The notes: a model not told the origin generated them from the sequence alone. Shown: positions 23,223 to 34,731, counted from the first letter of the stretch. The stretch: 64,000 nucleotides of DNA from Caecitellus pseudoparvulus (GCA_965644315.1 CBFFRQ010000029.1:1-64000), one strand, 5' to 3'. Program-made: numbers and translations.

Positions 23223-26200
23223 CTACTTGTGCGAGGCAGCAGCAGCGCGCGCCTTGCGGTCAGCGCCTTCCAGCCGCCGCATGGCGGAGGACACCGTCTC
23301 ATGAGTCGCCGCGTGGGGCTGCGGGACGCTGCGTGCAGAGGAACTCTTCGTGACGGCTCGCTTCACTGTGCGCCCCGACCGCACCAGCCCACGGGCCGAG
23401 CCCCCGGTGCCAGCAGGCGGGGAGCTAAAAGGGGGTGGTCCGCCAGCAGGCGCTGTGGGTTTCCGCGCGGGGGATGTCGGCACTGCCTGCGCCTGCTGCG
23501 CCGCCTTGGAGGGCTGCGGACGACGCACAGGCACCTGTGCGACAGCTGCCCCGCCTTCTGCACCGGCGCCGTCCAGGGGCACGGGCGCCTGCTCGGTGCC
23601 AGGGCTGGGCGGCAGTTCGAAGCTGCTGCCAGGGTTGCCGCCTCCTGACCGGGAGCCTGCGCGGCTGGAGCGGCCGCTGGGCGTCTTGCCGCCCCTGCCG
23701 TGCACGGCACTCGTCTCCATCTCCGTGAAGGCGATGCCCGTGGCGGGCAGCACGGCCGCCACCAGCACATGCGCCACCCCCACAGTGACAAGGGCGGAAG
23801 CGGCGGCGCTGGCGGACACGCCCTGTGCCACGGCCTGCATGGGGGGGATCTGCCCCGTCAAGGAGTCAAAGGCCCGCGGCGCCCCGGCCTCCAGCTCCGA
23901 GGCAGCCACGAGGTGCCCGGAGCTGGTCTGCGTCAGTCGCCCCGCCTCCTGGTGCGCCATGGCAGCTTCCAGGCGTGCCCGGGCATGGGCAGCTGCCTGC
24001 TGCAGCAGGTCCCCTTGCAGCAGCGCCTTGAGCGGCTCCAGGTGCTCTGGGCTGGCTGGTGGCACGCCGATGCGCCGCACGAGCTCGGGCTCCATGGGCA
24101 GGAGGAAGGCCGTCTCCCACTTCAAGCTGCCCGGCCACACGTGTGCCGGGCGCTCCGACACGGCCATGTTGCTGAGGGGGCCAGACACGATGTCGGACCC
24201 GGCGGCGGACGCCATGGAGGCAGAGGTGCCGGAGGCCGCAGCCATGTTGGCGCTGGAGCCGAACCAGGAGCTGGCGTTGGCAGAGCGGCGGGAGCCGTGC
24301 TTGGAGCCCAACTCGGCGTCCAGACGAGCCTGCTCGGCGAGGCGCTCCTCCTCGGCACTGGTGTTGCACTCGGCTGCCTCGTCGCCTTCGTCCATGGTGG
24401 CGCCGAACACCTTGCGGCCCCACCCGTCCACCCACGCGGAGAAGTCGTCATCCGTCTGCTCTGCCCGCCGCTCGGGCGTGTAGTCCGTGTCATCCAGGCC
24501 CACGCCGTCAGGCACGACGTCCATGGCGATGGCCTGGGCGGCCGCTGCGGCGGAGTTGCTGCCCAGGGCGTACGCACTCTCGCCTCCCGAGTGCCCCACG
24601 ATGCGCGAGGTGAAGTCGGACAAGTTGCGCCCCGAGCGCTGCTCCTCAGCCACCGCTTCGGGACTGCTGCCCAGCGCCACGGCGACGGCTGCCGCCCGCC
24701 CGCGGTGGTAGGACACCTCCCGCCCCTCCTCCACAGCTGTGCGCAGCAGCACTGCCGCGACGGCAGAGGAGAGGTAGCTTGCTGAGCGGTGCCGCTTGCC
24801 ACGGCGCGCAGACACCGGCTCGTGGGCGGCGCCTGCCATGGCGGCGATGGAGTTGGCGGTGGAGGGGCGGCCCGACGCAGGCACGGACCCGGGCGACAGC
24901 AGCCCTGCAGGGGACGTGCCCAGGTCCCCCCCTCCCACGATGATGATGCGTTCGTCCGGCAGGTCGGCGGCACTGACGTCCTCTGGGGCCAGCTTGGGCC
25001 ACAGGGGCCCGCGGCTGGCTCCGTAGGCGGAGATGTCAAAGTCCACCTGGGACCGCGCCGCGGCGTTGTGGTGGAAGATGTTGTTCAACTTGTACCCCGT
25101 GCTGGCCCGGCGAGCTGCCCGGCGCTTCTTGGTGGCGGCTTCGCTGTGGTGCACGGAGGAGGGCGGTGCTTCGCTGCGCAGCGCGTCAGGCTTGCCGGCG
25201 GAGCTTGCTGGGCTGGCAGGGGACGCGCCTGCCGCAGGCAGGGCGCTCTCACTGCCCGCTGTGCTGAGGACGGAGATGTCCACACTGGCAGTGTGGTTGG
25301 GGTCGGGCGGGGCCAGCGTGTGCAAGAGCTGGTCCGGCACCGCCACCAGCAGGGCGTCCAGAGCCTCAGGCGTCACGGCGTATCCCAGCGGTGTGGCGGA
25401 GGCGGCCAGCAGGGATGCTTCCTCCACCTGGAAGGCGTGGTCGCCCAGAAGGTGCCCGCTGCCGCCCAGGCTGCTGGTCTTGCGAGCGGAGGACTCCTTC
25501 ACGTGCAAGATGTGCGCTTCCAAGGCGCTGGGGCTGTAGAAGGCGGGGTACCGCATGAAGCCGACGGCGCCGAACAGCAACGGGGGCCCCGGCTCCGCCT
25601 CCTCCTCTGCTTGGCCAGTGAGCCCCACCACCATGGCGGCATCGTCGGCGTCGGGGGCGGTGTCGGCGCTTGCTGCAGCGCCCTGGGCAGCCTCGGAGGC
25701 CCCTGGCGGGACAAACGAGTCGCCGTGTGCCGCGGCAGCCTCCTCTGCCAAGACAGCCTCCCGGACACCAGACACCCACTGGGCCATGCGGCGCAGGGCA
25801 CTGGGGTGCGGCAGGTAGCTCACCCGCGTCTCCGCATCCAGCACGAGGGAGCCACCGGGGGGCGCAGGCACGGTGGCCTTTGTCACGGGCTGCGGCGGGG
25901 CCGGCGGGGCTGCCTGGCCATGCTTGGGCTCGGCCTCGCTCGTCTCGGGCGTGGGCAGTGCGGGCAGTGGGACGCCCAGCCAGGCACCCAGCGTGAAGTA
26001 CTTGCGCTTGCCGCGGGAGCGCTCGGGTGCGTCCCCTGCCATGGGCAGGAGGGAGGGCAGGTGCTCCGTGGGCACGCCCAGGGGGCGGTGCATCTCCCGC
26101 GCCCCCAGGCTGGCGATGGGCACGTCCTTCACCAGGGCGTTCACGGGGCGCGGCAGGCCCACGGCGACGTCCACCATCTCCGCCTCCTCCACATCCAACG

Positions 26201-29200
26201 CGTCCTCCATCAGCTCGGCGTCGCCGCGGCCGCCGCCCATCACCGCCACCAGCGCCGACACCGCTCCAGACTCCACCACATCCGCCGAGGAAGAGTCCGT
26301 CGCAGCAGCAGCGGCACCCGCCACGCCAGCGCTCTCCCCACTGCCACCTGAGCTGCGCCGGCCACCCCCCAGCGGCCCCGCGGATAGCATGGCCTCGCCC
26401 TCCTGCCCAGCAGCCAGGACTGCCGCAGACAGGCTGGCGTCCGCTTGCTGGGACACCATGGTGGACAGCTGCTTGCGCAGTTCAGGCTGGTCTGCCGCCG
26501 ACGCCGCCAGGGCCTGTGCCGTGATGTCCTTTCCAGTGGTGTCCTCCACAGAGTCGTCACGGGCGATGGCCAGCTCACACAGGCCACGGAGACAGGCGTG
26601 GCGCAGACGAGGGTCCACGCCAGCCATGTCAGACACGGCGATGAGGGCCGGCGCGGCGCCCGCCAGGATGAGGGCGGGGCGGGTGACTTGGTGGGTCGCC
26701 ATGGAGCACAGGACGCGGGCGGCGTGGGACAGCGTCTCCCCTGCCAGCCACGCCTCCCACACCGTCACGGCCCGGGCCGCGTCCTCCATCACCGCCGCCG
26801 TCTCGGGGTCCTCTGCCTCCTCTTCCCCAGCCGCCGACCCGTCCTTGTCTGCCGCAGAGGCGCCGTCAGACGCCGAGGCAGTGGCTGCTGCCGCAGCACG
26901 GGAAGCAGCCTTGGCCTCCGTCGCAGCCTCGTCCCGGGCCAGGGCACCTTCGATGCCACCCGCATCGTCCTCGAAGGAGTCTGTCCGGCTGGGCGTCGGG
27001 GCGTCGGCGTCCTTGCTCTCAGAGCCCTCCATCTCATCCTGCCCGTAGTCGTCCTCACTGTCCTCCTCCTCCTCCTCGTCCTCCTCCTCTGCCAACTTGC
27101 CGCCGGCGGCCTTGCCCCCCGTGGGGGCCGGCACAGACTGCCCCAGCGCAGCGGCCGCTGCGGCGATGGCGTACTCCTCATCATCCGCCAGTCCCCCCAG
27201 GCGGTATGTCAGGCGCTGGACGAGGGACACGAGGGGGGAGAGGAGGGACTCCTTGGCCGCCCGGGCACGGTGTGCCTCCGCCTCCATCTCTGCCGTGGCG
27301 GCGTGCAGGACGTCGTGGATGGAGAGGGCTCGCAGGGCCATGGCGGCACGGGTGATGGTGGCGGGTGGCACATGCTCAGCAGGCAGGTGCAGGACGCCCC
27401 GCAGCAGGGGCAGGACGCCAGACAGCACCAGGGCATGGGCGGCGTCTGACGCGGCAGACACGGCGTACTGCGCGACATCCATGGGCACGGGCTCCCCCGC
27501 TGGGCCACGCATGTCGTCATCTGGCGTCGGCAGCGCACACCGCACCACGACAGCCAGGATGCCGTCCAGCAGCAGCACTGCCGTCTCCAGACTGGACAGG
27601 CCGGCAGACACTTCCCCGCTGGCGTCGGGCAGCGCCAGCCCCACGGACTTGGCGGCTGCAGCGAGCAGCGGCGGCACCATGAAGCGCAGGGGCGCATGGG
27701 CCTTGACGTCGGGGCTGGCGGAGAGGCGGTGGATGTACTGCATGCAGCTGGAGGCGGCAGCCACCAGGAGGGCCATGAGGGGCGCGGAGCCGACGGGCAG
27801 GGAGGGCGGCGCCGTCAGGCCACAGGCCACGGCCGCCTCGCCCAGCTCCGTGCTGAGCAGCACCTCCCGCGTGTCGCCCCCTGCGCTGGCACACAAGTTC
27901 ACGACGGTGGTGATGGCAGCCTGCCCGACGTCCAGGGCCATGATGGCGCCGGGGGACGTGCCATTGGAGGCGTCCTTGGCAGCTGTGGAGGCAGCCCGCG
28001 CCACCAGGGCGATGCACGCCTCCACAGCACCCTCACTTACCAGGGCTGGGGCGGACCCTGCCATGAGGGACAGGTAGTGCAGCGCCGTCACGCAGGCAAA
28101 GGCGTCCGAGTCACTGCCGTCCACGGCCAGGGCGGTGAAGGCCTTCACACCGCCTGCCTTGACCACGGCGTGGGACATGCTGCGCCGCCCGACAGACCCC
28201 CATAGGAGGTTGATCAGGCCGGCAGCCGACTGCCGGCGCACGGGCATGGCGTGGTCATCTGAAGACGCCAGGCGCACGAACACGCCTGGGGCGCCCCCTG
28301 CCACCACCCGCTGCCGCAGACCCTCCGAGGGGGCGCAGGAGATGTTGTACAGCCCCGCGGCGCAAGAGAGCAGCAGGGAGCGGCGGTCGGAGACGGCTTT
28401 GGCGGTGTCTGCCGAGGGCGCCGTGTCGTCGCCCTCTGCCTCGGACGGCGCCACAGCGCGGGAGGCCAGCAGCACCAGGGCTTCCACGGCGCCCTCCGCC
28501 ACCAGGCGCTCCTCGGAGCCCTTCTCCCTGGACACTGCCGCCAGGACACCCGCGAAGAAGGCGCCCACGACGGGGTCCGTCGCGTGCCCCATGAGGCTGG
28601 GGTTGGTGCCGCCCAGGGTGATGCCGCCCGACGCAGAGCTGGGAGCGCCTGGCACCAGCTCCCCCTTCACCAGCAGTTCGTCCGCGGTGGGGGCCTGGGA
28701 GCGCAGGATGGAGGGGATGTCAGCGCCGACGGGGGGGGCCAGGAGGCGCTGCCCCACGACAGACGTGCCGTCCACACCCGCGTGGGAGGGGTCTGAGAAC
28801 AGCATGGCGTGGGGTTGCCATGTGGAGTCCACCTCCAAGCCTGCCCGACTGGCCGCATCCATGCCCTGCATCGCGATCAGCGTGCTCAGCATGCTGCCGC
28901 TGGGCGCCAGGATGGTGCTCTCGCTGTCAGCGCCACCCTGTCCCAGCCGTGCCGTGCCAGCAGCCCGGGCGGCGGGGTCCGCCTCGGACCCCTGCGTCAG
29001 CACCGAGATGACGGAGCGCAGGCCACCCTCCCGCACCAACAGCCCCTGCGCGTCCACGTCGTGGGCGAGGCGGTACAGGGTGATGGCGCAGGCGCGCTGG
29101 GTGCGGACGTCGGGGGACAGGGACAGCTTCTGCAGGGCCCAGATGACGCCCTGGTGCAGCACCGCCAGGCGCACCATGGGGGAGGCCATGAGGTTGTGCA

Positions 29201-32200
29201 GCGTCTCGATGCAGGTGGCCTGGGTGATGGGGTCTGAGTTCTTGATGAGGGCGATGACCAGCAGCGCCGGCACGACGCCCGCCTCCACCATCTCGTCCTC
29301 CGCGTTCTCCACGCGGGACAGGTTGTACAGCAGGCCCACCGCCTCCCGCCGCACACTGCCCATGCTGGAGCCGCACAGGTCCACCGCCACCGGCACCGCG
29401 TGCGCGTTGTACACCATGCGGGTGCTGACGGACATGTCCTCCGACAGGGAGCGCAGGGCAGCCGTCACGCGGTGCCGGATGGGGTCGCCATCACGGGTGA
29501 AGGTGCACAGAGCCACGAGGGCCTCCATGACGCCCAGCCCCACCAGGCGCGCGCTGTCGGCGGTGTCTGTGGCCATGGCTGACAGCGCGATGGCGCACTG
29601 GTTGCGCAGCACTGTCGCCGTGCGCCCCAGCATGTCCACCTGCGCAGAGCTGTGCTCAGACACCTGTGCCACCAGCTCAGCGTCTGACCCTGCGGGAGGC
29701 GCAGGCTTTGCCGCCGGCTTGGTCACGGCACCCGGCGTCGTCGGCACCAGGGACCCACCCCGGGACTCTGGTCGCACAGAGGGCACGTCACTGGGGGTGC
29801 GCCGGCGCGTGACGGGGGAGGCGGGGGGGGCGCCGGGGTCCATGAAGCTGCTGGAGGGAGCCAGTCCGCCACTGCCCCTTGCTGAGCGCAGGGAGGCGCT
29901 GGGGGACTCCACGCCGCCAATGGCGGCGAGGTCCACCTCCACCGTGTTCACAGTGACGGTGGGCCCCTTCAGCTCCGAGGCGGCCACCTGCACGTTGCGG
30001 ATAGCCATGTCAGCCATGCGGGTGGCGGCGCCCAGGCGCTCCCCCACCACGCGCTCCACGTCGTGCACGGACTGCGCGTAGGCCACCACCAACATGCTGC
30101 GCATGGGGGAGGTGGCGATGGGGATGAGCAGGGCCAGCAGGCCCTCGTGCACCATGATCTCCCGCGCGGCGCTGGAGGACAGGGACAGGTTGGCGATGAC
30201 GCCGATGGCGTCTGCGAGGCAGGCCAGCGGCGCGCCACAGGTGGGGTACGCCAGCGCCGCAGTGCTGCGCCCGATGGACGTGGGGGACCCCGGCGCCTTG
30301 CGTTCGTCCTGCGCCTCCCCGCTGAAGGCCAGGTCGCGGTCGTCGCCCTCCTCGCCCTCCTTGGCCTCCGTCGTGCCAGACATGTTGAAGGCGGCGATGT
30401 CCACGGCGGGCGCCTCCGTACCCTGTAGCGCCATGGTCACTGGCACTGCCAGCGCCTTGTTCGGGTCCCGCACAGACACGGTGGGCTGCGCCTGCCCCCG
30501 AGCAGACGTCAGGATGGGCGGCTTGTGCAGCTTGAAAGGCGCGTCAGCCTGGAGTGGCGCGAAGCGGGGGGGCCCCGGCTGCAGCAGGCTGCGGAGCAGG
30601 GGCAGCAGCCCCTCGCACCGCAGGACCGGCTCCTCCCACCCCACACCAGTGGTCAGGTTGCGCAGGGTGGCCAGGGCGAAGCTGAGCACCACTGCCGGCT
30701 CTGGGCAAGCCAGGGGCGCCTCGGTGCCATCCACCAACACCCACTGCTTCTTGTTCACCGTGTCAATGTCTGCCTCCAGGGCGGAGTCCCGAGCTGCCAG
30801 CAGGTCCCGGGCCGTGCGGGGGGTCATGTCGGCGGTGTCCGCCTCCCGTGCACCCGCGATGCCGCCGCCGAACGTCGCCGCGCCGCCGATGCGCACACGC
30901 AGGTCCCCCGCCCCAGCCACCTTGCCTTCCTCCCCTGTGCTGTCCTCAGGCACGTCGATGGCGATAGGCGTGGGCACGGCGTTGGCGGCAGCGACGGCAG
31001 ACGCCCGCACAGCAGCCGCGTCGAAGGCGCTCTGCTCCTGCGCCGCGCTGTGCAGGCGGCCCTGCGCCTCCGTGGCCAGGTGCAAGACGTTGCGGAACAC
31101 AGTGAGCCCCGACTCGTCTTCCGCCCGCCCCGTGGCCTGGAAGGTGTACCCCACGGCGCTGTGGTCGGGGACGAAGGCGTCCACATCCGCCTGCGTCAGG
31201 CCCATGGCGCGCCCACGCAGCGTGCGGTGGCAGGACATGTTGAACAGCGCCTGCGTGACGAGGGGGCGTTCTGCCAGCAGCGGCGCGTCCGGTGGCCCCG
31301 CCACCATGCGCCCTGCCAGCTGCGCCAGAGACACCACCGCACCGCCCTGCAGCAGGTGCTCCCCCGCTGCCTCGGACTTGAAGGCGTTCACGATGGCTGT
31401 CAGCGCCACCTTGCGGGTGGGCCCGTCGTCGCTCTGGCACAGGACGGCCAGAGCTGTCGCGACGCCGTGCTGGGACAGCATGAGCCCAGCCCGCTCCGCG
31501 CGCCAGGTCACTCGGGCCAGCGCCATGGCCACCTTGCGGCGCAGGAGCGTGGCGGCAAGCAGGGACAGGCCCCTGTCGGCGGGGACGATGGACCCCGCCG
31601 CCTTGGGTCCACGTGCGCCGGGGGAGCCTGCCACGGGGGACCCTGACCGCCCGTCGCCTGTGGCTGTGAGCATGCTCACCACGCGTGCACTGGTGACGAG
31701 GGCGACCCCAGCGCTGTACTCCATGTCAAAGGCGGCCGCGGGGGGGGCCTCTGCGCTGTCGGGTGCGGCAGTGGGCACACCGGGGTGGGAGGGGGCCTCT
31801 GCGGCGCCAGAGGGGGGGCGCGTGTCCTGACTCCCCCCAGAGCCCTTGCCCAGCCGGCCACGAGCTGCAGACACCTGCAGCATGGTGCTGCGGCGAGCAG
31901 CCTCCGAGGCGGCCTGGGGTGTGAGGGGCACCCCCACCTGGGGCTTGGCGTGCAGGTCCTCCAGGGGCAAGTGTTCCGGCATGTGGATGAGGGCGACACG
32001 CGCCAGGGCAGCTGCGGCGCCACAGTGTGCCAGGTACACCTCTGCCGTCGGCGCGGCAGCCATGCGGGCCAGGGCCAGGGCCGACCGGCGCAGGGCGAAG
32101 GTGTTCAGGAGGCTCACCTGGTTGCCTGCAGCTTGGGCGGCATCGTGGGCGTCAGCCGTCGCGTGCACGACGCTGCGCAGGAGCGGCACGAGGCACTCCT

Positions 32201-34097
32201 CCGCGGCGCGCCGGATGTAGGAGCGGGAGCGCGTCATGTTGTACAGGACATGGGCGCCCAGCGCACAGCGCTGCTCGTGGGTGAACCAGTCCCACATCTC
32301 AGACAGGTGCTCCAGGACGCCACCCCCCAGCAGCGCCTCCGTGCCCTGCCAGCAGCCGGAGATGTTGCACAGCGCCTTGACGCCGACTGCGAGGGAGAAG
32401 GCATCCACCAGGGCCAGGCGAGCCCCTTGCACGGTGTCCCGGGCACCGCCAGCGGAGGGTGGGCTGGGCCCCGCCACGAGGGCGGCGAGCTCCTCGGGCA
32501 CGGAGGACTGCACCAGCCCTGCCTTGACGTGCGTCTTGATGACGGGGGCCATGAGCTCGCAGACGGCCTTGACGCCGCCACTGGCCACCAGCACGCGGCG
32601 GTAGGCGCGGTGGCAGGTGAAGTTGAACAGGGACGTGAGGATGAGCAGCTTGGCCTCGGCGTCGTCACCCAGGTTCAGACTGAGCCCCTTGCCCACGTCG
32701 CACAGTGCAGCGACCACCGCCGCCACCTCGTTCAGCTCGCCCTGGCTGGGACGCTCAGCACCGACACTGGCGGCGGCAGCTGCCACGCGCCGGGCATGGG
32801 AGCCACCCTTGCGCTTGGGGACGTGGGGCGGCGGCGGGATGCGCTCCTGGTACAAGGAGAAGCGTGGGTCCCCTGACGTGATGGCGGAGAGGTTGGCCAG
32901 GGCCGTGACGCAGGTGAGGCGGGAGGGCGCCCCGAGGGGACTCTCCGCCAGCACCCGCAGCAGCGCCGGCATGGCGCCCTCAGCCAAGATGGCCCGTCGG
33001 GCAGCGGGTTTGCGCCCAGACATGTCGCGCAGTGCAAGGGCGCACTGCTGGCGCAGGGAGGTCTTGCGGGCGTCGGCGGCGCCGCCTTCCCCGCCCTCCT
33101 CCCCTGCCTGTCCTTCCGCCCCCGGCGCCGCCTGGTCCACCTTGCGTTCGCCAGTGGCCCGCCGAGCAGAGAGGGCCGCGGCCACTCCGGGGGAGCGCAT
33201 GCCCCCCACGGAGGACAGGACGTCCAGGACAGAGGACCCCAGGAGGGCGCTGTCCTCCGCGTCATCCGCCTCCTCTGCTGCGGCCGCCGCAGCCGCCAAG
33301 CGTGCAGCCCGGGAGGAGGGGCGCCCCGACGCCCACGAGTGCAGGGTGGAGGTGGACGCCTCCGGGGGTGGCGCCGGGCGCAGGTCCCCCGAGGAGGAGG
33401 ACGTGGGCGCCGGCGCAGTGCCTGCCGCCAGGACTGCAGGGGACGGTGCCCGCAGGTCTGCCAGCAGGCTGTGCAGGGCACCCTCCTCCTCCAGGGCGCC
33501 GTGACCCTCCTCCGCATCCTCGAACAGGCTGCCGCCCCGCTGGGGGGAGGCCTGCGCCAGGTGGTCGGGGCGGCCCTGGTCCCGGTAGCTCGCGAGCTTG
33601 CCCCGGGTTCCTGAGGAGGCGAGGGGGTCTGACCCCACCATGGTGGGGTCGTTCCTGTGCCGCCGTGACAGGTACACGAGGGAGGAGGAGTAGTCCCCCT
33701 TGGTGCCGAAGACGTCGCCCTGGTACGGGCTGAGCAGGTTGCTGACGTCAGAGGATGCAGAGGCATCGGTGGGGGGGGCAGTGGCCCACTCTGGCAGCGT
33801 CGTGCGCCGTGGGCTGCGGCCGCCGCTGGGCTTGCCGTCGGCACCATCGGCATGGGCGCTGGCGCCGCCCTTCTTGAAACGGTACCGGCGCCGGCTCTGC
33901 GCTTCGGCGGCCAGCACCCGTGCCAGCTTTTCGATCTTGTTGTACTGCCTCCAGAACCCTGGCTCCTTGTGCAGGTTCCACTTGCGAGCCAGTGTCTTCA
34001 GCGCTTCGTACCGCACGGGGCCAGTTTGGGAGGGGGGCACGATGCGTTCCCGCACGAGGTGAGGGCGCAGGGACTCCAACAACTCCCGTTCTTCCAT
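23223..34097 (-). CDS. Very large armadillo (ARM)-repeat protein, about 3,620 aa, single open frame
   Basis: Repeated ARM-like units (CALALRDMS...GAMPALL, LFNFTCH...GGVKAV, LYNLSRV...GVVPALL, LHNL...GVIWAL, LYRLA...GGLRSV, LYNISC...GAPGVF) separated by low-complexity insertions. Start taken at MEERELLESL. Confidence 0.8.
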   Translation of the reverse strand: MEERELLESLRPHLVRERIVPPSQTGPVRYEALKTLARKWNLHKEPGFWRQYNKIEKLARVLAAEAQSRRRYRFKKGGASAHADGADGKPSGGRSPRRTTLPEWATAPPTDASASSDVSNLLSPYQGDVFGTKGDYSSSLVYLSRRHRNDPTMVGSDPLASSGTRGKLASYRDQGRPDHLAQASPQRGGSLFEDAEEGHGALEEEGALHSLLADLRAPSPAVLAAGTAPAPTSSSSGDLRPAPPPEASTSTLHSWASGRPSSRAARLAAAAAAAEEADDAEDSALLGSSVLDVLSSVGGMRSPGVAAALSARRATGERKVDQAAPGAEGQAGEEGGEGGAADARKTSLRQQCALALRDMSGRKPAARRAILAEGAMPALLRVLAESPLGAPSRLTCVTALANLSAITSGDPRFSLYQERIPPPPHVPKRKGGSHARRVAAAAASVGAERPSQGELNEVAAVVAALCDVGKGLSLNLGDDAEAKLLILTSLFNFTCHRAYRRVLVASGGVKAVCELMAPVIKTHVKAGLVQSSVPEELAALVAGPSPPSAGGARDTVQGARLALVDAFSLAVGVKALCNISGCWQGTEALLGGGVLEHLSEMWDWFTHEQRCALGAHVLYNMTRSRSYIRRAAEECLVPLLRSVVHATADAHDAAQAAGNQVSLLNTFALRRSALALARMAAAPTAEVYLAHCGAAAALARVALIHMPEHLPLEDLHAKPQVGVPLTPQAASEAARRSTMLQVSAARGRLGKGSGGSQDTRPPSGAAEAPSHPGVPTAAPDSAEAPPAAAFDMEYSAGVALVTSARVVSMLTATGDGRSGSPVAGSPGARGPKAAGSIVPADRGLSLLAATLLRRKVAMALARVTWRAERAGLMLSQHGVATALAVLCQSDDGPTRKVALTAIVNAFKSEAAGEHLLQGGAVVSLAQLAGRMVAGPPDAPLLAERPLVTQALFNMSCHRTLRGRAMGLTQADVDAFVPDHSAVGYTFQATGRAEDESGLTVFRNVLHLATEAQGRLHSAAQEQSAFDAAAVRASAVAAANAVPTPIAIDVPEDSTGEEGKVAGAGDLRVRIGGAATFGGGIAGAREADTADMTPRTARDLLAARDSALEADIDTVNKKQWVLVDGTEAPLACPEPAVVLSFALATLRNLTTGVGWEEPVLRCEGLLPLLRSLLQPGPPRFAPLQADAPFKLHKPPILTSARGQAQPTVSVRDPNKALAVPVTMALQGTEAPAVDIAAFNMSGTTEAKEGEEGDDRDLAFSGEAQDERKAPGSPTSIGRSTAALAYPTCGAPLACLADAIGVIANLSLSSSAAREIMVHEGLLALLIPIATSPMRSMLVVAYAQSVHDVERVVGERLGAATRMADMAIRNVQVAASELKGPTVTVNTVEVDLAAIGGVESPSASLRSARGSGGLAPSSSFMDPGAPPASPVTRRRTPSDVPSVRPESRGGSLVPTTPGAVTKPAAKPAPPAGSDAELVAQVSEHSSAQVDMLGRTATVLRNQCAIALSAMATDTADSARLVGLGVMEALVALCTFTRDGDPIRHRVTAALRSLSEDMSVSTRMVYNAHAVPVAVDLCGSSMGSVRREAVGLLYNLSRVENAEDEMVEAGVVPALLVIALIKNSDPITQATCIETLHNLMASPMVRLAVLHQGVIWALQKLSLSPDVRTQRACAITLYRLAHDVDAQGLLVREGGLRSVISVLTQGSEADPAARAAGTARLGQGGADSESTILAPSGSMLSTLIAMQGMDAASRAGLEVDSTWQPHAMLFSDPSHAGVDGTSVVGQRLLAPPVGADIPSILRSQAPTADELLVKGELVPGAPSSASGGITLGGTNPSLMGHATDPVVGAFFAGVLAAVSREKGSEERLVAEGAVEALVLLASRAVAPSEAEGDDTAPSADTAKAVSDRRSLLLSCAAGLYNISCAPSEGLRQRVVAGGAPGVFVRLASSDDHAMPVRRQSAAGLINLLWGSVGRRSMSHAVVKAGGVKAFTALAVDGSDSDAFACVTALHYLSLMAGSAPALVSEGAVEACIALVARAASTAAKDASNGTSPGAIMALDVGQAAITTVVNLCASAGGDTREVLLSTELGEAAVACGLTAPPSLPVGSAPLMALLVAAASSCMQYIHRLSASPDVKAHAPLRFMVPPLLAAAAKSVGLALPDASGEVSAGLSSLETAVLLLDGILAVVVRCALPTPDDDMRGPAGEPVPMDVAQYAVSAASDAAHALVLSGVLPLLRGVLHLPAEHVPPATITRAAMALRALSIHDVLHAATAEMEAEAHRARAAKESLLSPLVSLVQRLTYRLGGLADDEEYAIAAAAAALGQSVPAPTGGKAAGGKLAEEEDEEEEEDSEDDYGQDEMEGSESKDADAPTPSRTDSFEDDAGGIEGALARDEAATEAKAASRAAAAATASASDGASAADKDGSAAGEEEAEDPETAAVMEDAARAVTVWEAWLAGETLSHAARVLCSMATHQVTRPALILAGAAPALIAVSDMAGVDPRLRHACLRGLCELAIARDDSVEDTTGKDITAQALAASAADQPELRKQLSTMVSQQADASLSAAVLAAGQEGEAMLSAGPLGGGRRSSGGSGESAGVAGAAAAATDSSSADVVESGAVSALVAVMGGGRGDAELMEDALDVEEAEMVDVAVGLPRPVNALVKDVPIASLGAREMHRPLGVPTEHLPSLLPMAGDAPERSRGKRKYFTLGAWLGVPLPALPTPETSEAEPKHGQAAPPAPPQPVTKATVPAPPGGSLVLDAETRVSYLPHPSALRRMAQWVSGVREAVLAEEAAAAHGDSFVPPGASEAAQGAAASADTAPDADDAAMVVGLTGQAEEEAEPGPPLLFGAVGFMRYPAFYSPSALEAHILHVKESSARKTSSLGGSGHLLGDHAFQVEEASLLAASATPLGYAVTPEALDALLVAVPDQLLHTLAPPDPNHTASVDISVLSTAGSESALPAAGASPASPASSAGKPDALRSEAPPSSVHHSEAATKKRRAARRASTGYKLNNIFHHNAAARSQVDFDISAYGASRGPLWPKLAPEDVSAADLPDERIIIVGGGDLGTSPAGLLSPGSVPASGRPSTANSIAAMAGAAHEPVSARRGKRHRSASYLSSAVAAVLLRTAVEEGREVSYHRGRAAAVAVALGSSPEAVAEEQRSGRNLSDFTSRIVGHSGGESAYALGSNSAAAAAQAIAMDVVPDGVGLDDTDYTPERRAEQTDDDFSAWVDGWGRKVFGATMDEGDEAAECNTSAEEERLAEQARLDAELGSKHGSRRSANASSWFGSSANMAAASGTSASMASAAGSDIVSGPLSNMAVSERPAHVWPGSLKWETAFLLPMEPELVRRIGVPPASPEHLEPLKALLQGDLLQQAAAHARARLEAAMAHQEAGRLTQTSSGHLVAASELEAGAPRAFDSLTGQIPPMQAVAQGVSASAAASALVTVGVAHVLVAAVLPATGIAFTEMETSAVHGRGGKTPSGRSSRAGSRSGGGNPGSSFELPPSPGTEQAPVPLDGAGAEGGAAVAQVPVRRPQPSKAAQQAQAVPTSPARKPTAPAGGPPPFSSPPAGTGGSARGLVRSGRTVKRAVTKSSSARSVPQPHAATHETVSSAMRRLEGADRKARAAAASHK

Positions 34098-34731
34098 GCT
34101 TGAGAGCAACTGCGGGTGGGCAGCGCGTGGGGTGCAGGCAAACTCACCCTCCGTCGAACTGCGGCGCGGCCGCACAGCGACACACAACGCGATCTCTCGC
34201 CGACACGCACCTGCTCCATCTGCACAGTGGCCTGCGAGCGGCGGTTGGCTGCCAGGGTCAAGGCAGCATTGCTGAGGTGCTGGGTGGAAGAAGACCTGCG
34301 CAGTGAGACCGGAGCAACCAGTGAGTCCCCTGTCGGCCAGGGTGGGCGCGAAAACGCCCTGCTTACGTCTCTAGCGTCCGTGCTGCCACCGACTCCACGG
34401 CCCGAGGTCGCCGTGACTGCTGCCTGTGCAGACTTGCTGCCATGATGGCCGGCTCAGGTGCTGGCGCCTGCTGGGCCTGACGGCTTCAGGCTGCGAGGGG
34501 GGTCAGGTGCTGAGCACGGAGCGGACACACAGCCACCAAGCTTGGGCGGTGCCGCACGTGCACGCTGTGGTGGTCCTGCCGAAACAGGGGCGCACGCAGC
34601 ACATGCTGAGTGATGCATGCATGTGGTAGTGACGTGGTTTTGAGTGTGGCGGGGACACGAGTGCTCGCGTCGGGTGCGCTGCTCGCACGGCCCGACATCG
34701 TGTTGCCACTGCACGGGGCGACATGCATTGC

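Noticed and set aside
23350-33733. Plus-strand ORFs up to 648 aa overlapping the ARM gene
   Set aside because: Reverse-frame shadows with no motifs.
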